A stretch of DNA of 64,000 nucleotides from an uncultured Methanoregulaceae archaeon (GCA_963737635.1 CAVTTL010000001.1:288001-352000); one strand, 5' to 3'; shown: positions 20,331 through 32,627, numbered from the stretch's first letter. Made by a program: numbers and translations. The notes: a model not told the origin generated them from the sequence alone.

Positions 20331-21239
20331 ATGCCCAGTGTTATCGAGGCCGAAGACCTGACCAAGACCTATAACGACACGGTAGCGGTAAGCCATATCC
20401 GGTTCAGCGTGGAAAAAGGGGAGATCTTCGGATTTTTAGGACCGAATGGTGCAGGAAAGACCACCACTATGCGGATGATCGAATGCATCTCCCCCCGTAC
20501 TTCGGGCACATTGCGGGTTTTTGGTCTGGACCCCAATACGGATCCGGCAGGGATTAAGCAGCGGATCGGTGTCGTCCCGCAGGAGACCAACCTTGATCCG
20601 GACTTTACCTGCGAAGGGAACCTGCTCACCTATGCCCGGTATTTCGATATCCCTCTAGCCGAGGCGGAGAAACGAGCGGAAAACCTGCTTGCGTTTGTAT
20701 CGCTCACGGAGAAGCGCACATCTGCCATCGATAAGCTCTCCGGCGGCATGAAACGCCGGCTTATTCTTGCCCGGGCACTCATCAACAACCCGGACCTGCT
20801 TATCCTCGATGAGCCTACTATCGGCCTTGATCCGCAGGCACGCCACCTTATCTGGGAACGTCTCCGGCTTCTCCGGGCACAGGGAAATACCATTGTTCTT
20901 ACCACCCATTATCTCGATGAGGCTGCCCGGCTCTGCGACCGGCTGGTTATCATGGACCACGGTACGTTTCTTGTCGAGGGAACCCCGGCAGAGCTGGTAC
21001 GGAACCAGATCGGAAGCGAGATTATTGAAATGGACAATACACCGGAAGTTACCGCGTGTCTGGCATCGCTCGGGGTGGCGTACGAAACTCTCGGTGACCT
21101 GGTACAAGTAGCGACGGATTCGTCACGGGAGCTTGCAAAGACACTGCTCGAACAGTGCAAGACAAGCCGGATAAGCACCCGACCCGCGACGCTCGAGGAC
21201 GTCTTCCTGAAATTAACCGGACGGACACTGAGGGAGTAA
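20331..21239 (+). CDS. ABC-2 exporter ATP-binding protein (NodI-like)
   Basis: GPNGAGKTT, LSGGMKRRL, LDEPTIGLDPQARH, TLEDVFLKLTGR. Confidence 0.95.
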   Translation: MPSVIEAEDLTKTYNDTVAVSHIRFSVEKGEIFGFLGPNGAGKTTTMRMIECISPRTSGTLRVFGLDPNTDPAGIKQRIGVVPQETNLDPDFTCEGNLLTYARYFDIPLAEAEKRAENLLAFVSLTEKRTSAIDKLSGGMKRRLILARALINNPDLLILDEPTIGLDPQARHLIWERLRLLRAQGNTIVLTTHYLDEAARLCDRLVIMDHGTFLVEGTPAELVRNQIGSEIIEMDNTPEVTACLASLGVAYETLGDLVQVATDSSRELAKTLLEQCKTSRISTRPATLEDVFLKLTGRTLRE

Positions 21240-21240
21240 G

Positions 21241-22026
21241 ATGCCGTCTATCCTGTCGATTCCCCGGATCACCCGCCGCGCCGGAAAGGTATGGCACCGC
21301 AACCTCGATGTCTTTATCAAAACCTGGAAAGTGAATTTCTTCCCTCCATTAATCGAGGCGTTCCTCTACCTTTCCGCCATAGGTCTTGGGATCGGGACGT
21401 ACGTGGGCACTATCAACGGCGTGGCGTATATCAATTTTATCGCGCCGGCCATCCTTGCAATCTCGGCCATGAACTCTGCGTTCTTTGAGTGCACCTATGG
21501 TTCCTATGTGCGGATGTATTATCAGAAGAGTTTCGATGCTATTATTGCCACACCGCTTTCGATCGAGGACGTAATTGCCGGGGAACTTCTCTGGGGTGCC
21601 ACCCGGGCTGTGATTTCGGTTACCATCATGCTACCGGTGCTTGTGGTGTTTAAGGTCATCTCCCTACCCTTCTCTCTTTTTGCCATCCCGCTTGCCTTCC
21701 TGGGCGGGCTCACGTTTGCCGGTCTCGCCATGTGCTTTACCGCGATTACGCCGAGTATCGATACGCTCAACTATCCCTCGTTCCTGCTTATAACTCCCAT
21801 GATGCTCTTCTCGGGTACTTTTTTCCCGCTGACCATCCTCCCGGCGATCTTCCAGTACATCGCCCTTGCGATCTTTCCGCTCACCCATCTGGTATCCCTT
21901 ATGCGGATGGCGACGCTACCCTCGGTAAATGCACTGCTCCCCCTGAATATTGCGTGGATCCTTGTTGCAACCGTCATCTTCTGCATTATCTCGATCAACC
22001 TGATGCGGCGCCGGCTGATTGTGTGA
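21241..22026 (+). CDS. ABC-2 exporter permease (NodJ-like)
   Basis: Six TMs, YINFIAP, FSGTFFPL. Confidence 0.92.
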   Translation: MPSILSIPRITRRAGKVWHRNLDVFIKTWKVNFFPPLIEAFLYLSAIGLGIGTYVGTINGVAYINFIAPAILAISAMNSAFFECTYGSYVRMYYQKSFDAIIATPLSIEDVIAGELLWGATRAVISVTIMLPVLVVFKVISLPFSLFAIPLAFLGGLTFAGLAMCFTAITPSIDTLNYPSFLLITPMMLFSGTFFPLTILPAIFQYIALAIFPLTHLVSLMRMATLPSVNALLPLNIAWILVATVIFCIISINLMRRRLIV

Positions 22027-22048
22027 AAACGACGGTACTAAAAAAAAG

Positions 22049-22651
22049 TTACATCGGGCCGGTCCGTTCACCTGACCGGCGGGAACAGGACTGGCGCTGC
22101 CAGGCAGGTCCGGAGAGGTCTTTTGCTTCCTCTTCTGAGGTATTGGATGCCGTTCGAACCGTACAGGACGACCACTGAATAGATCGTAGCTCGTCGTCAA
22201 GACGTACGATAAGCGCCGTGATCTCACTCGTAGGAAATTCCCCGTCCAGCTCATCGAGAAGGATCCCAATCTCTTCCCTGATGGAAGAATCGGCGATCTC
22301 ATCGGCGTCACAGATGCCGAGCTCATGGTAACAGATCATCGTCCGGTACGCTTCCGTGTACACGGAGAGATCATGGAAGAGTTCTTCGCGGTACGCCCTG
22401 CCGCCCTCACGCTCAAGAAGAGCAAAGTCTGCCTGTATCCTCTCGTATTTTTCCCGGAGAGCAGGCGTGAATAACTCATCGCCGTTGCATGATTCCACGA
22501 GCTGGTGCAGGAAAGAGCGTTCGAAATAGGGTGCCCCCGCCCGGTACCTCCCGAAACTGTGGCGTTCGGCAGAGAAGGTACGCGTCTCCCGTACAGCTCT
22601 TTCGTACCGGTCTATAAGGCGGGCGATATCATCGGCTGTAGTTGCGTCCAT
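22049..22651 (-). CDS. Hypothetical protein
   Basis: 200-aa helical, acidic ORF filling the gap. Confidence 0.6.
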   Translation of the reverse strand: MDATTADDIARLIDRYERAVRETRTFSAERHSFGRYRAGAPYFERSFLHQLVESCNGDELFTPALREKYERIQADFALLEREGGRAYREELFHDLSVYTEAYRTMICYHELGICDADEIADSSIREEIGILLDELDGEFPTSEITALIVRLDDELRSIQWSSCTVRTASNTSEEEAKDLSGPAWQRQSCSRRSGERTGPM

Positions 22652-22838
22652 GGGATTACCTGTGCAAAGGGAGGGTAAAGCGGGAAACGGTTGAAAAATC
22701 TGCCTTTAATATTGCCTGTTTTGCCTTAAATAGTTTTGATGATACCGGGAGAACAGCGACCGGTTCTTTGAGGGTACATCAACGATCGGCCTGATCTTTG
22801 CTACTAACGTTCTCCCTGCTCATTCTCTGGCTGAAAAT

Positions 22839-23396
22839 TTAACCTTCTTTTCTGGTGATCCGGAGCACGCAGAGTACTTCATCCTCGATAGTCTGCCGCT
22901 GTACTATTTCAGTAGTAAAACCGTGACGGGCAAACAGGTCCCTGACTTCCGGGATGCCGGTCAGGGAGGAGACCAGGACCAGGACCCTGCCTTTGGGGGC
23001 AAGTACGTCCTCTACGCTATCGGCAAAGCGCCCGATTACTTCGCGGCCGGTAGTACCGCCGTCAAGCGCATACTCAAGCCAGTCATCGATTCGTTCCTCC
23101 GGCTGCGTAGGGAGATACGGAGGGTTGAAAATAACCAGATCGAACCTGCCCCGTATGCCCAGGCAGAGATCGGTCCGCACTACTTCAAGTCCATTCTGCC
23201 GTGCACAAAAAACCGCGTGAGGGTTTATGTCCGTTGCTACGATATCACAGTCCCGGACCAGTGCCTTAGAGATAGAACCGGAGCCTGTCCCGATCTCCAG
23301 CACCCGGTCCCCGGGCCGTACCTCGGCAAGAGCTGCCTCGATGAGAAGGAACGTGTCGGCCTCAGGCTGGTACACCTGTGCGGGATCATAGGACAT
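22839..23396 (-). CDS. hemK: HemK2/MTQ2 family protein methyltransferase
   Basis: VYQPEADTFLL, VLEIGTGSG, FNPPYLP, ALDGG. Confidence 0.95.
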   Translation of the reverse strand: MSYDPAQVYQPEADTFLLIEAALAEVRPGDRVLEIGTGSGSISKALVRDCDIVATDINPHAVFCARQNGLEVVRTDLCLGIRGRFDLVIFNPPYLPTQPEERIDDWLEYALDGGTTGREVIGRFADSVEDVLAPKGRVLVLVSSLTGIPEVRDLFARHGFTTEIVQRQTIEDEVLCVLRITRKEG

Positions 23397-23573
23397 GATA
23401 ACAGGTTGTGGAGCAGGTCAGGGAAAAAAGGATCGCATGAATCAGGGCATGGTGATAACAGAACGATGTGCAGGATCTATCTCACGTCCCTCTGGTTATA
23501 ATCAGGACAGGCCATTTATTGCGTAGCATAACGTCAGACAGAAGATCCAGCAGCGCCATGATTCATAAAAAAA

Positions 23574-23978
23574 TCACCCGAACACGAGTCCGCCGGACTC
23601 TTCCAGAAAGACTTCGATATCCTGTTTGATAAACCTGCCATGGATACGTTTCGGGAATTCATCCCGCAGACGGTTGATGAGATCGATGGGATCGATGTTC
23701 AGGTCCATACCGGTTTTTTTGGCTTCCTCAATAATGAAAGGGCTTGTATCGAAGAGGTCGGATCCCGCGTCCAGGATACACAGGAAGCGTGCATTCAGTG
23801 TGTAGAAAAGATCCATGGTTAGTTTCGCACGCCGTATATTCGCCTTGGCCGATCTTTCTATGCCGGAGATGTTTGATTTTGATGTATGGAAGATATCCGC
23901 TATCTGCTGCTGGGTCATCCCGTTCTTCCGGTATCTCATTACGTCTAATTGCCGGTGTGTAAAGAGGCTTTCCGCCAT
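23574..23978 (-). CDS. tfx: Tfx family DNA-binding protein
   Basis: LFTHRQLDVMRYRKNGMTQQQIADIFHTSKSNISGIERSAKANIRRAKLT. Confidence 0.88.
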   Translation of the reverse strand: MAESLFTHRQLDVMRYRKNGMTQQQIADIFHTSKSNISGIERSAKANIRRAKLTMDLFYTLNARFLCILDAGSDLFDTSPFIIEEAKKTGMDLNIDPIDLINRLRDEFPKRIHGRFIKQDIEVFLEESGGLVFG

Positions 23979-24536
23979 TTATTTCACCTGAATATAAATT
24001 GATTATGTCGACACTAAATTAAATATATAGTTTACCCTCTGACTTGCCGGCGAGATGAAGAAGTGGTGAAGATCAACGATGTCGGGATAATAGTCGGCAC
24101 CATTAAGTACCTTAGATCGAAGAATTCATTTCCATGGGGGATGCAGTGATGGCGAAGGGAGTTACCGTATCTCTTAGGGAGCGTTGAGAACACCAGAATT
24201 GTGCCGGCTCTTTTTTCCGATCCTCTTAAAATCATTCAGTGTTAATAATATTTATTAATAGAAAATATTCAGCCCTTGCATCTCGCCGTATCTGGCCTTT
24301 TAGGTTGCAGGTACTGCCCGTCTATTTTGCGTATAATCGGGTGGCTTCTATTCAGTAATAACCTATTTTTTTAATAGCATTAAAAATTTTAATACTGTTA
24401 AAATTTTTGATGAGATAAATATATATTTTCGTATGTGTGAAGGGTCAGCTGTTGACATTTGTGGGCATTCAACTACAAAATGTTAACCCACGCAGGGCGG
24501 TGCCCAGCGCGGAAAAACAATGAGAGAGGAAACAGT

Positions 24537-25463
24537 ATGAAGACAGAACGAATGAAAAGAAACAGACTATGGGCGATGGCCGCAATGGCTGTCGTCCTCT
24601 TTGTCGCGCTGGCGGCGATGCCGGTGGCGGCGCAACCGTATTATGTGATACCCTATCCGCAGAACAATCAGACGTACGTCCCGATAGCAAATCCGCCGCC
24701 CAGTTTTGATTCGACACCCTATGGGAGTCCTTATTATTATGTCAACCTGACAAACACCACAGGCGGGATGAACGCGATTCATATTACGAATAGTACCCTT
24801 CTTGCCAATGCCGGAGGAGCCTGCTATGCTAAAAATACTATTGCCGATCTTAATGGTACATTCTATGTGTCGGATACCGGTGGACGGCATGGCGAGGATG
24901 ATATTATCCTTCTTGTAGCGGTCAATGGTACTACTGCAGCGACTATGAACAGGTTTAATATTAACATCACGGCGAGTGGGTACAACTGGACTCCAGCAGC
25001 CAATGGAATTCCTCCAGCGACTGTCAATTATCAGACACCCCTCAACGCACAGCCATTTGCTGCAGGGAATTACTTGGTAAACAATACTATCGGGGGAAAT
25101 AATCAATTATTCCAGGAATGGAAATTTGCACCAACTGCAGATTACCCCATCTACTGTGGCCAGAGCATGGGAAGTAATGCCAATCTCTTCAAGTTGATGG
25201 CTATTGATCTTAAGGTTGGAATAATCAATGGGACCTGGTGGAGCAATAACTACGGCCAACCTGCTCTTACAGACGGTGGTCTGGCAAAAATCACTTATAA
25301 TATCACAAGTTCGCCATCGTCGGGGTCAATAATTGCCTTTAATGTCTATGCATATAACAATCAAACAATAACCCAGCAACCGGACGTATTACCCCCGGCT
25401 ATCAACTGGCTGAATAAAGTTTCCGGTTCAGGTTCAAGCGGATGGGAGTATCAAGTGCCCTGA
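24537..25463 (+). CDS. Secreted protein made of one copy of an unassigned beta-rich domain
   Basis: Signal peptide ending MPVAA; GGMNAIHI...GTFYV...IILLVAVNGT...YPIY.GQ...AFNVY shared with two domains of the next gene. Confidence 0.85.
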   Translation: MKTERMKRNRLWAMAAMAVVLFVALAAMPVAAQPYYVIPYPQNNQTYVPIANPPPSFDSTPYGSPYYYVNLTNTTGGMNAIHITNSTLLANAGGACYAKNTIADLNGTFYVSDTGGRHGEDDIILLVAVNGTTAATMNRFNINITASGYNWTPAANGIPPATVNYQTPLNAQPFAAGNYLVNNTIGGNNQLFQEWKFAPTADYPIYCGQSMGSNANLFKLMAIDLKVGIINGTWWSNNYGQPALTDGGLAKITYNITSSPSSGSIIAFNVYAYNNQTITQQPDVLPPAINWLNKVSGSGSSGWEYQVP

Positions 25464-25786
25464 GATCATGAACAATCGCCGATTTTCGGCATTAATTTAT
25501 TCTTTTTTAAATATTAATAATGGGGAAAATCTGCTCGTTGTCGTGATTTCCCCTATACTTATTTTGCGGTTAGTAAAATATTTATGGTGTACATTTTCTA
25601 AATAAAAACAAAACTCTTTTACTTAAGTAAATAAAAAATATTTCTTCAATGTCTATTTGGATCCACCACTTCACCCAGCAATCTTTTTCTGCTCGTTCTG
25701 GACATTTCCATCCCCACAGAACTCCAGCGATAAGAAAATGCACCACGCCTGCGGATACCGACCGCGGCGGGAACGTTGTGATTCGA

Positions 25787-28700
25787 ATGAAGGGCATGCA
25801 TTCACCGCTTCGTGCATGGCTTGTGGTGCTCCTGCTCTGCTGGGTAGTGATTGTAGTGCCGGTGGCGGCCACGACCGGCTTAGCGAATTCGGCATGGCCG
25901 AAAATTGCCCACGACATCGGTGACACCGGTCGATCCCCCTATGTAGGCTCTCAGACAAATGCCGTAAAATGGGCCTATCCCACCGGTGAAATTACGGCAT
26001 CCCCGGTAATTGGTGCGGATGGAACAATTTATGTGGGGGACTATAATTCCAGACTCTATGCAATCTCTCCAAATGAAAACCTGAATTGGTCGTACGCCGC
26101 GATTGCCAAGAGCGGTGGGACGGGTGTTACTTCAGCAACAATTGGCGCTGATGGTACAATTTATTTCGGTGACACTACGGCTGCATCCTATCTGTATGCA
26201 GTTAATCCGGATGGAACCCTGAAATGGGAAGAACCAACAAAGAGTTCCGTAGTGGGGGCACCCGTAATAGGATCGGATGGAACCATTTATGCCGATTCCA
26301 GCACCTATATTCAAGCATTTTACCCCAATGGAACCACGAAATGGAACTATAATGATGGCGATGACGTGGTAATGGGTTCACTTGCAATCGGACCGGATGG
26401 ATCCCTTTATTTCGGCGACATGAGTGGTACATTTTTTGCCTTGAAAGATAGCGGAACCTCGGCCACCCTGAAATGGTCTTATAGTGATGGCAACTCGTGG
26501 GAAATTGACGGGGCACCCGCTATTGGATCGGATGGAACCATTTACTACGCGGACACGAATGACGGAGCTGGTTGCCTGTATGCCCTGACCGATAAGGGAA
26601 CCTCGGTCTCATTGAAATGGTCCTACTCTCCGGGCAGTACGATTTATCGGGGACCCGCTATTGGATCTGATGGAACTATTTACTTTGGAAGCGATAACGG
26701 GAAACTGTATGCCCTGACCGATAAGGGAACCACATATTCCGTGAAATGGTCCTATTCTACGGGAGGAGCGATACGTAATACTCCTGCAATCGGTGCGGAT
26801 GGGACTCTTTATTTCGGAAACGAAAATGGAATCCTGTATGCCCTGACCGATGCGGGGACCTCTGCCACTCTGAAATGGCAGTCATCCACTTTAGGGAGTA
26901 CCGGATCCGAATTGCTTAGTAGTCCTGCAATCGGTCCTGATGGCTCGGTCTACATCGGAACGTTAAGTGATGGTGCGAATTATTTATATGCCTTCAACGG
27001 TACGCTTGACTTCACCGCCAATCAAATGAGCGGTGCGGCGCCACTTTCTGTTTTGTTCACCGGATCCTCCGGTGTGACCCCGGTATCGTGGAACTGGAAC
27101 TTCGGTGACGGATCGACAGGAACTGGGCAGAATCCCACGCACACCTATACGAGTTCTGGATCGTATACAGTCCATCTCAATATGACGGATACAACCAGTA
27201 CCACCTACTCTGCGGTTAAGACGGCATATATTGCCGTCTATTCCCCCCCGGTTGCCGGTTTCACATCAAGCGCTGCCACAGGAACCCGTCCGCTTACCGT
27301 CAAGTTCACCGACACTTCGACCAACAGCCCTACAAGCTGGTCCTGGAACTTCGGGGACGGCAACACTTCAAGCAGTCAGAATCCATCCCACATATATAAT
27401 TCAGTAGGAACCTACACGGTCACTCTTACGGCAACCAATCTCGCGGGCAGCAACACCACCACCCAAACCGGTTATATCTCGGTTGGGGACACATCCCCGT
27501 TCATCGCATTCACCGCATCGCCAAGGCAGGGACTCGCACCATTGACCGTCCAGTTCAATGATACGTCTCTTTACGGACCAACCACCTGGTCCTGGAACTT
27601 CGGGGATGGCGGGACATCAAGCAGTCAGAATCCATCCCACATATATAATTCAGTAGGAACCTACACGGTCACTCTTGCGGCAACCAATGCAATCGGAACA
27701 AATACCAGCTCACAAACCGGTTACATCACGATTCTTTCCCAGGCACCGATATCTGCGGGTACCAATCTCTATGTCTCCAACGATGCGGGAGTAAAATACG
27801 ACATCAACGGCTCCAGCATGACCTATATCCCCAATACCTATGGGTTACCCATGCCAGGCGGAATGAACTCGTTGCATATGTCAAATGTTCCTTCGGACAC
27901 ATCAGGCAAGGTTATCCAGACTACCAGCCAGTCCGGAACATTCTATTATACCTTCTCCGGCGGCCAGCCCACCCAGCAGGAGGGTATTCTGATGCTTGCT
28001 GTGAACGGAACCATTCCTGACGATTTCAGCGTTAATATCAGATCAAGCGGGGACACCTGGACACTGGATACCATCACGAATTATCAGGATTATTTTAGTA
28101 ATTCCGTTGCTCCAAGTTTGTACAATTACGTCCAGGGAGCATTGAATGAGACGTTCACGAAGAGCGATTTCCTGTATGGTCCTCAGAGCTCGAAACCAAA
28201 CAGTATAGCAAATTACCCGATCTATAATGGGGAGAACCAGAGCGATCCGGCTAACCAGTTCCAGGTCATGTTCATCGATCTCAACTCCGGTATATATACT
28301 GACCCAATCAAAATCGAGTATAGTTTCAACAACCTGACGTCGTTTGCGGCATTCAATGTCTATGGGTGGTATAAGAGAAGCAACCACGGAACCGGTATCA
28401 TCACCACCAACGATGTCACCAGCAGCGGGTATCTGGTTACCGGCATCTCGGCAGCGCCGGTTGCGGGTTTCACCGCAAGTACGACCTCCGGGTACAACCT
28501 GGTTCCCATCCAGTTTACCGATACCTCGGCAAATGTCCCCCAGTCCTGGTCCTGGGACTTCGGGGACGGCAATACATCGACCCTCCAGAACCCGACCCAC
28601 GCGTATGCTGTTGGAGGAAGAACATATACGGTGACACTCACCGTGACAAATATTAAAGGGACCTCCTCGACGACCCAGATGGTTACCATAACTGTTCCCC

Positions 28701-31700
28701 CGGTGCCGGTTGCGGGGTTCACTTCGAGCGCTACCTCGGGAGCCTCCCCGCTTTCGGTCCAGTTCACCGATACGACAACAAATTCCCCGATTAGCTGGTC
28801 CTGGGACTTCGGGGACGGCACCAACTCGACCGTCCAGAATCCGGTCCACTGGTATGCGCCCGGGACGTACTCGGTGAAACTCACGGCCACCAATGGCGGC
28901 GGCAGCAACAGCGTGGTGAAAAGCAATCTTATCACGGTGACCTCAAACGGACTGGCAAACCAGTTCAGGAACCCGGGATTCGAGACCGGGGATCTGACCG
29001 GGTGGACGGCGGGACAGTTAGCCTCAGTTTCTTCAAGCAAGGTCCATTCCGGAAAATATGCCGTGGAGTTCAATGGTGGTAGCACCGATCCTACAACTAT
29101 CTATGTTGCGCAGAACGTTGATCTGACCAATGTCAACAATATCTCGTTCTGGGGATATGGAGGGTCAACCGGCGATGGTACAATCCAGTATTTCTACATC
29201 TATATCGATGGCGTTCAGGTACAGACTTCCAGCATAACTCCGACAGGCTGGACACAATATATTGTTCCGACATTAGGATACACCGGAGTTCACCAGGTTA
29301 AGGTAGAATTCTATAACAGTGGTAGGGGTGTGGACTCCTACGTCGACGATTTTGCAACCGGCGGTACCTCCGGTAGCAGCGCGACCGCCCCCTTCGCATC
29401 CTTTACCGCAACCCCGGTTAACGGGGCAGCGCCGGTATCCGTCCAGTTCACCGACACTTCGGCGTATACGCCGACATCGTGGCTGTGGGACTTCGGGGAC
29501 GGCAGCACATCCACCGCTGAGAACCCGTCGCATACCTATACTTTGCCAGGCACCTACCCGGTCAATCTCACGGCGACCAACACCGGGGGAAGCAACAGCA
29601 AGGTAAAGACCGGCCTCGTGTACGTGGCCGCATCGACCGGTCCCCTCTCTAACTACACCGGCATCTATGTCCGGGCTGCAAACCACGACGGTATCCTGTG
29701 GGACACTGTCGGCAATGGCACGTATTACATCAGCCCCGGCACTGCAAGCGGCGGCTTCTCTGCGATCCATATCTCGACCGATCCGACAGTTACCGCCGGG
29801 CAGGTCACGAGCTCGCAGAACCAGTCCGGGACATTCTACCTTACCGCGAATTCCGGGACCTACGAAGACGAAGGAATCATCCTTCTCGGTGTCACCGGGA
29901 CCATCCCGGACGACTTTGCCGCCCATATCACCACCAGTGGGTATACGTGGACGCCGACCGGCACCGCACCGGCTTCCGCCAATTACTCCTACCAGTCACC
30001 GGCGCTCGACCAGACGTTTACGAAAAACGATTTCTTCTACGGGCCCCAGAACTGGAAACCGACGCAGGGGAACGCCAACTACCCGCTCTTCTACGGGCAG
30101 AACATGAACAGTTCGGCAAACCAGAACCAGCTCATGTTCATCGACACCCGGGCCGGTATCCTTGGTAACAGCAGCCTCACGAACCAGGGTGCGGTTCAGG
30201 TCAACTACAGTTTCACCGATCTCCCCGGCACCGCGACCTTCAATGTCTATGGGTGGAGGAGCGGCCAGGGCATGGAATGGACAAACGATGTCACCACCGG
30301 CGGGACCAGCAGCAGCGGATACACGGTGAGCATGACGACACCCACGGTACCTCCGGTCGCCGGGTTCGTTGCAAACCAGACCCAAGGCCTCGCCCCGTTC
30401 ACCGCCCGGTTCAGGGATACTACAACCAACACGCCGACTGCGTGGTACTGGACGTTCGGGGATGGCAGCACGTCGACCAGCCAGAACCCGGCGCACACGT
30501 ATACCTCGACTGGGACCTACTCCGTAACCCTCACGGCCTCGAACAGTGCCGGCAGCGACCAGATCGCAAAAACCGGGTACATCACGGTCAGCGCGCCGGT
30601 CGTGAAGACGGACTCGTTTGCGATCGCCGGGGTCCAGGCAACCACCACGTCTGGCACGAACCAGAGTGTTGCCATCAATGTGACGGACGCAACCGTCTCC
30701 GGCAACGTTGTCAACGTGACCTGTACCGGCAGTGCCTGGAGCAGTCTCTCGATCACGCTTGCAAGCGCGCCGGTAACCAGCGGGTCGAACTTTACTGGTA
30801 CTGTCAGCAGCGTCCAGGCGGTCACCCAGCCAGTAACCGTCCCGCTCGCGTCATTGGGCAACCCGAACGTATCCGTCTCCCTGAACCTTGCCCAGATCCC
30901 CGGGTCGACTGCCGCCATTACCAGTACCATCACGTCCGATCCCAATACCACGGTTCAGAGTAACTTCACGCTCGCTGCAACCGCTGCCAGCGACCAGATC
31001 GTTGCCACTGCATACACGGTAACCTTCACCAAGTCCGGTATCGCAAATGCGGCAAACGGCGGGATCATCTCAAGCGCAACGATCACCATGGCAGCCAGTC
31101 CCACATGGGTGGCCGCAAACGGCGGTACCTCTGCGATGGTCATCATGCACCAGGCTGACGATGGCACGACAACCATTCTCACGACACAGTTTGCCGGCAC
31201 CGATGCCAGCGGTAACGACGTCTTTACCGCGGTCTCGCCAACCGGTCTCTCGACTTTCATCCTGACCGCAATCTCGCCGCTCTCGTCGACAAGCACCGGG
31301 TTCACGTCCGGGTTCGGCTCCTCCGAATCGGGAGGGTCCCTGAATCCGACCTCGTTCACCCTGACTGCACCCGGTACCGGGCCCGGCCAGACCATGAACT
31401 TTGCCGTTAACGAAGCTCTCAACGGCAACCTGAACTACGGCATCAGCGCCGTTTCGATCGTCCCGTCCAAGGCTCTCGGCTCGACGCAACTGAATGTGGG
31501 TGACGCAGGGATGGCCATCGCATCGGCGCTTACCGGCCGGCAGATTGCCGGTGTGGTATCGATTGAACCGGTCGGGGTCAACCCATCATCCATCGATCAC
31601 GGCACCATCACGTTCGCACTGAACGGTGCCTGGCTGACGACACACTCCCTGACACCGGCTGATATCGTGATGCTCCGGGATGTGAACGGCCAGTGGACTG

Positions 31701-32105
31701 AACTCCCCACCAGTTTCTCGACCCAGAGCGGCAGTACTTATACCTTCACCGCGACAACACCGGGCTTCTCGTACTTCGCCATCGCAGGCCGGGTTCCCTC
31801 AGCGGCAGCCGCCACACCGGCTACAACCACGTCATCCCTCCAGTCTGCTGCTCCGGGATCAGCTATACCGGTACCAACGACGACCTTCCTCTACCCGGTA
31901 AAAACACAACAGACGACCGCTATCCCGGTGGCCATGCAGGCATCTTCAGTGACCGCAAAACCGGCTGCGGCAAACGGATTGAATTCCCTGGTCATCATCG
32001 CTGGAGGAATCGCCGGGCATAGCTCTGATCGCCGCCGGCGGGCTTCTCGTCCGGCGCTGGTGGATCCGCAGGCAGAATCCGGCCCTGTTCCGGAAATACG
32101 ATTAA
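25787..32105 (+). CDS. Giant cell-surface protein: PQQ-like beta-propeller, 7 PKD, 2 unassigned domains, CBM-like domain, PGF-pre-PGF, C-terminal anchor
   Basis: [10 protein letters not shown] repeats; [11 protein letters not shown] repeats; [12 protein letters not shown]; [12 protein letters not shown]; removing one G at 32015-32017 restores the TM and [17 protein letters not shown] with stop at 32105. Confidence 0.92.
27368..27676 (+). repeat. Identical 60-bp intragenic direct repeat in PKD2/PKD3
   Basis: TCAAGCAGTCAGAATCC...ACGGTCACTCTT at 27368-27427 and 27617-27676. Confidence 0.85.
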
Positions 32106-32121
32106 CCCCTTTTTTATCCGG
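32052..32121 (+). repeat. Surface-protein 3'-end repeat, copy 1 (with T-tract terminator)
   Basis: CGGCGCTGGTGGATCCGCAGGCAGAATCCGGCCCTGTTCCGGAAATACGATTAA then CCCCTTTTTTATCCGG. Confidence 0.95.
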
Positions 32122-32426
32122 ATCCCCTCGCTGGGCAGATCTCTGTCTGATCGGGCACAATTATATCAGGATTGCTCATTTGGAACATGGTTTGTCAGAC
32201 TATAGTCAACAAGAAGGAAGGAAGTGTCGTATTATGCTCCGATAAAGAAGCAAAGAAACTCTCGGGATCGACATCGAAACGCTTCACGGGATACATCCAT
32301 TTCGCCGGTATCTCTACCCGGTTGCGATTTTTCATTCCCAAGCGGGTGTGTGTGAGATAAAATGATTACAACAAAGATTATCTTTTCATGGTTCGAACAG
32401 GTACGATAATCCATGGGGGGAAGACC

Positions 32427-32627
32427 ATGCAGCTGAAAGTTGTGATCACCAAAGGCGAAGATGGCTGGTATGTTGTAACAGTCCCCGCACTTCCCGGTTG
32501 TATTTCACAGGGACGGACAATCAGGGAGGCAAAACAGAATATCAGAGAAGCGGTCTCCCTGTACCTTGAACCAGATGAGGATATCATCACGGAAAAAGGT
32601 GCACGGGTCATCGAGGTTGCGGTGTGA
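32427..32627 (+). CDS. hicB: HicB family antitoxin
   Basis: GEDGWYVVTVPALPGCISQGRTIREAKQNIREAVSLYLE. Confidence 0.93.
   Translation: MQLKVVITKGEDGWYVVTVPALPGCISQGRTIREAKQNIREAVSLYLEPDEDIITEKGARVIEVAV

Noticed and set aside
24030-24235. Riboswitch or gene upstream of tfx
   Set aside because: No recognisable conserved motif or convincing ORF.
32106-32245. ORF-track C-terminus of the 2198-aa protein
   Set aside because: Out-of-frame read-through caused by the extra G near 32016.
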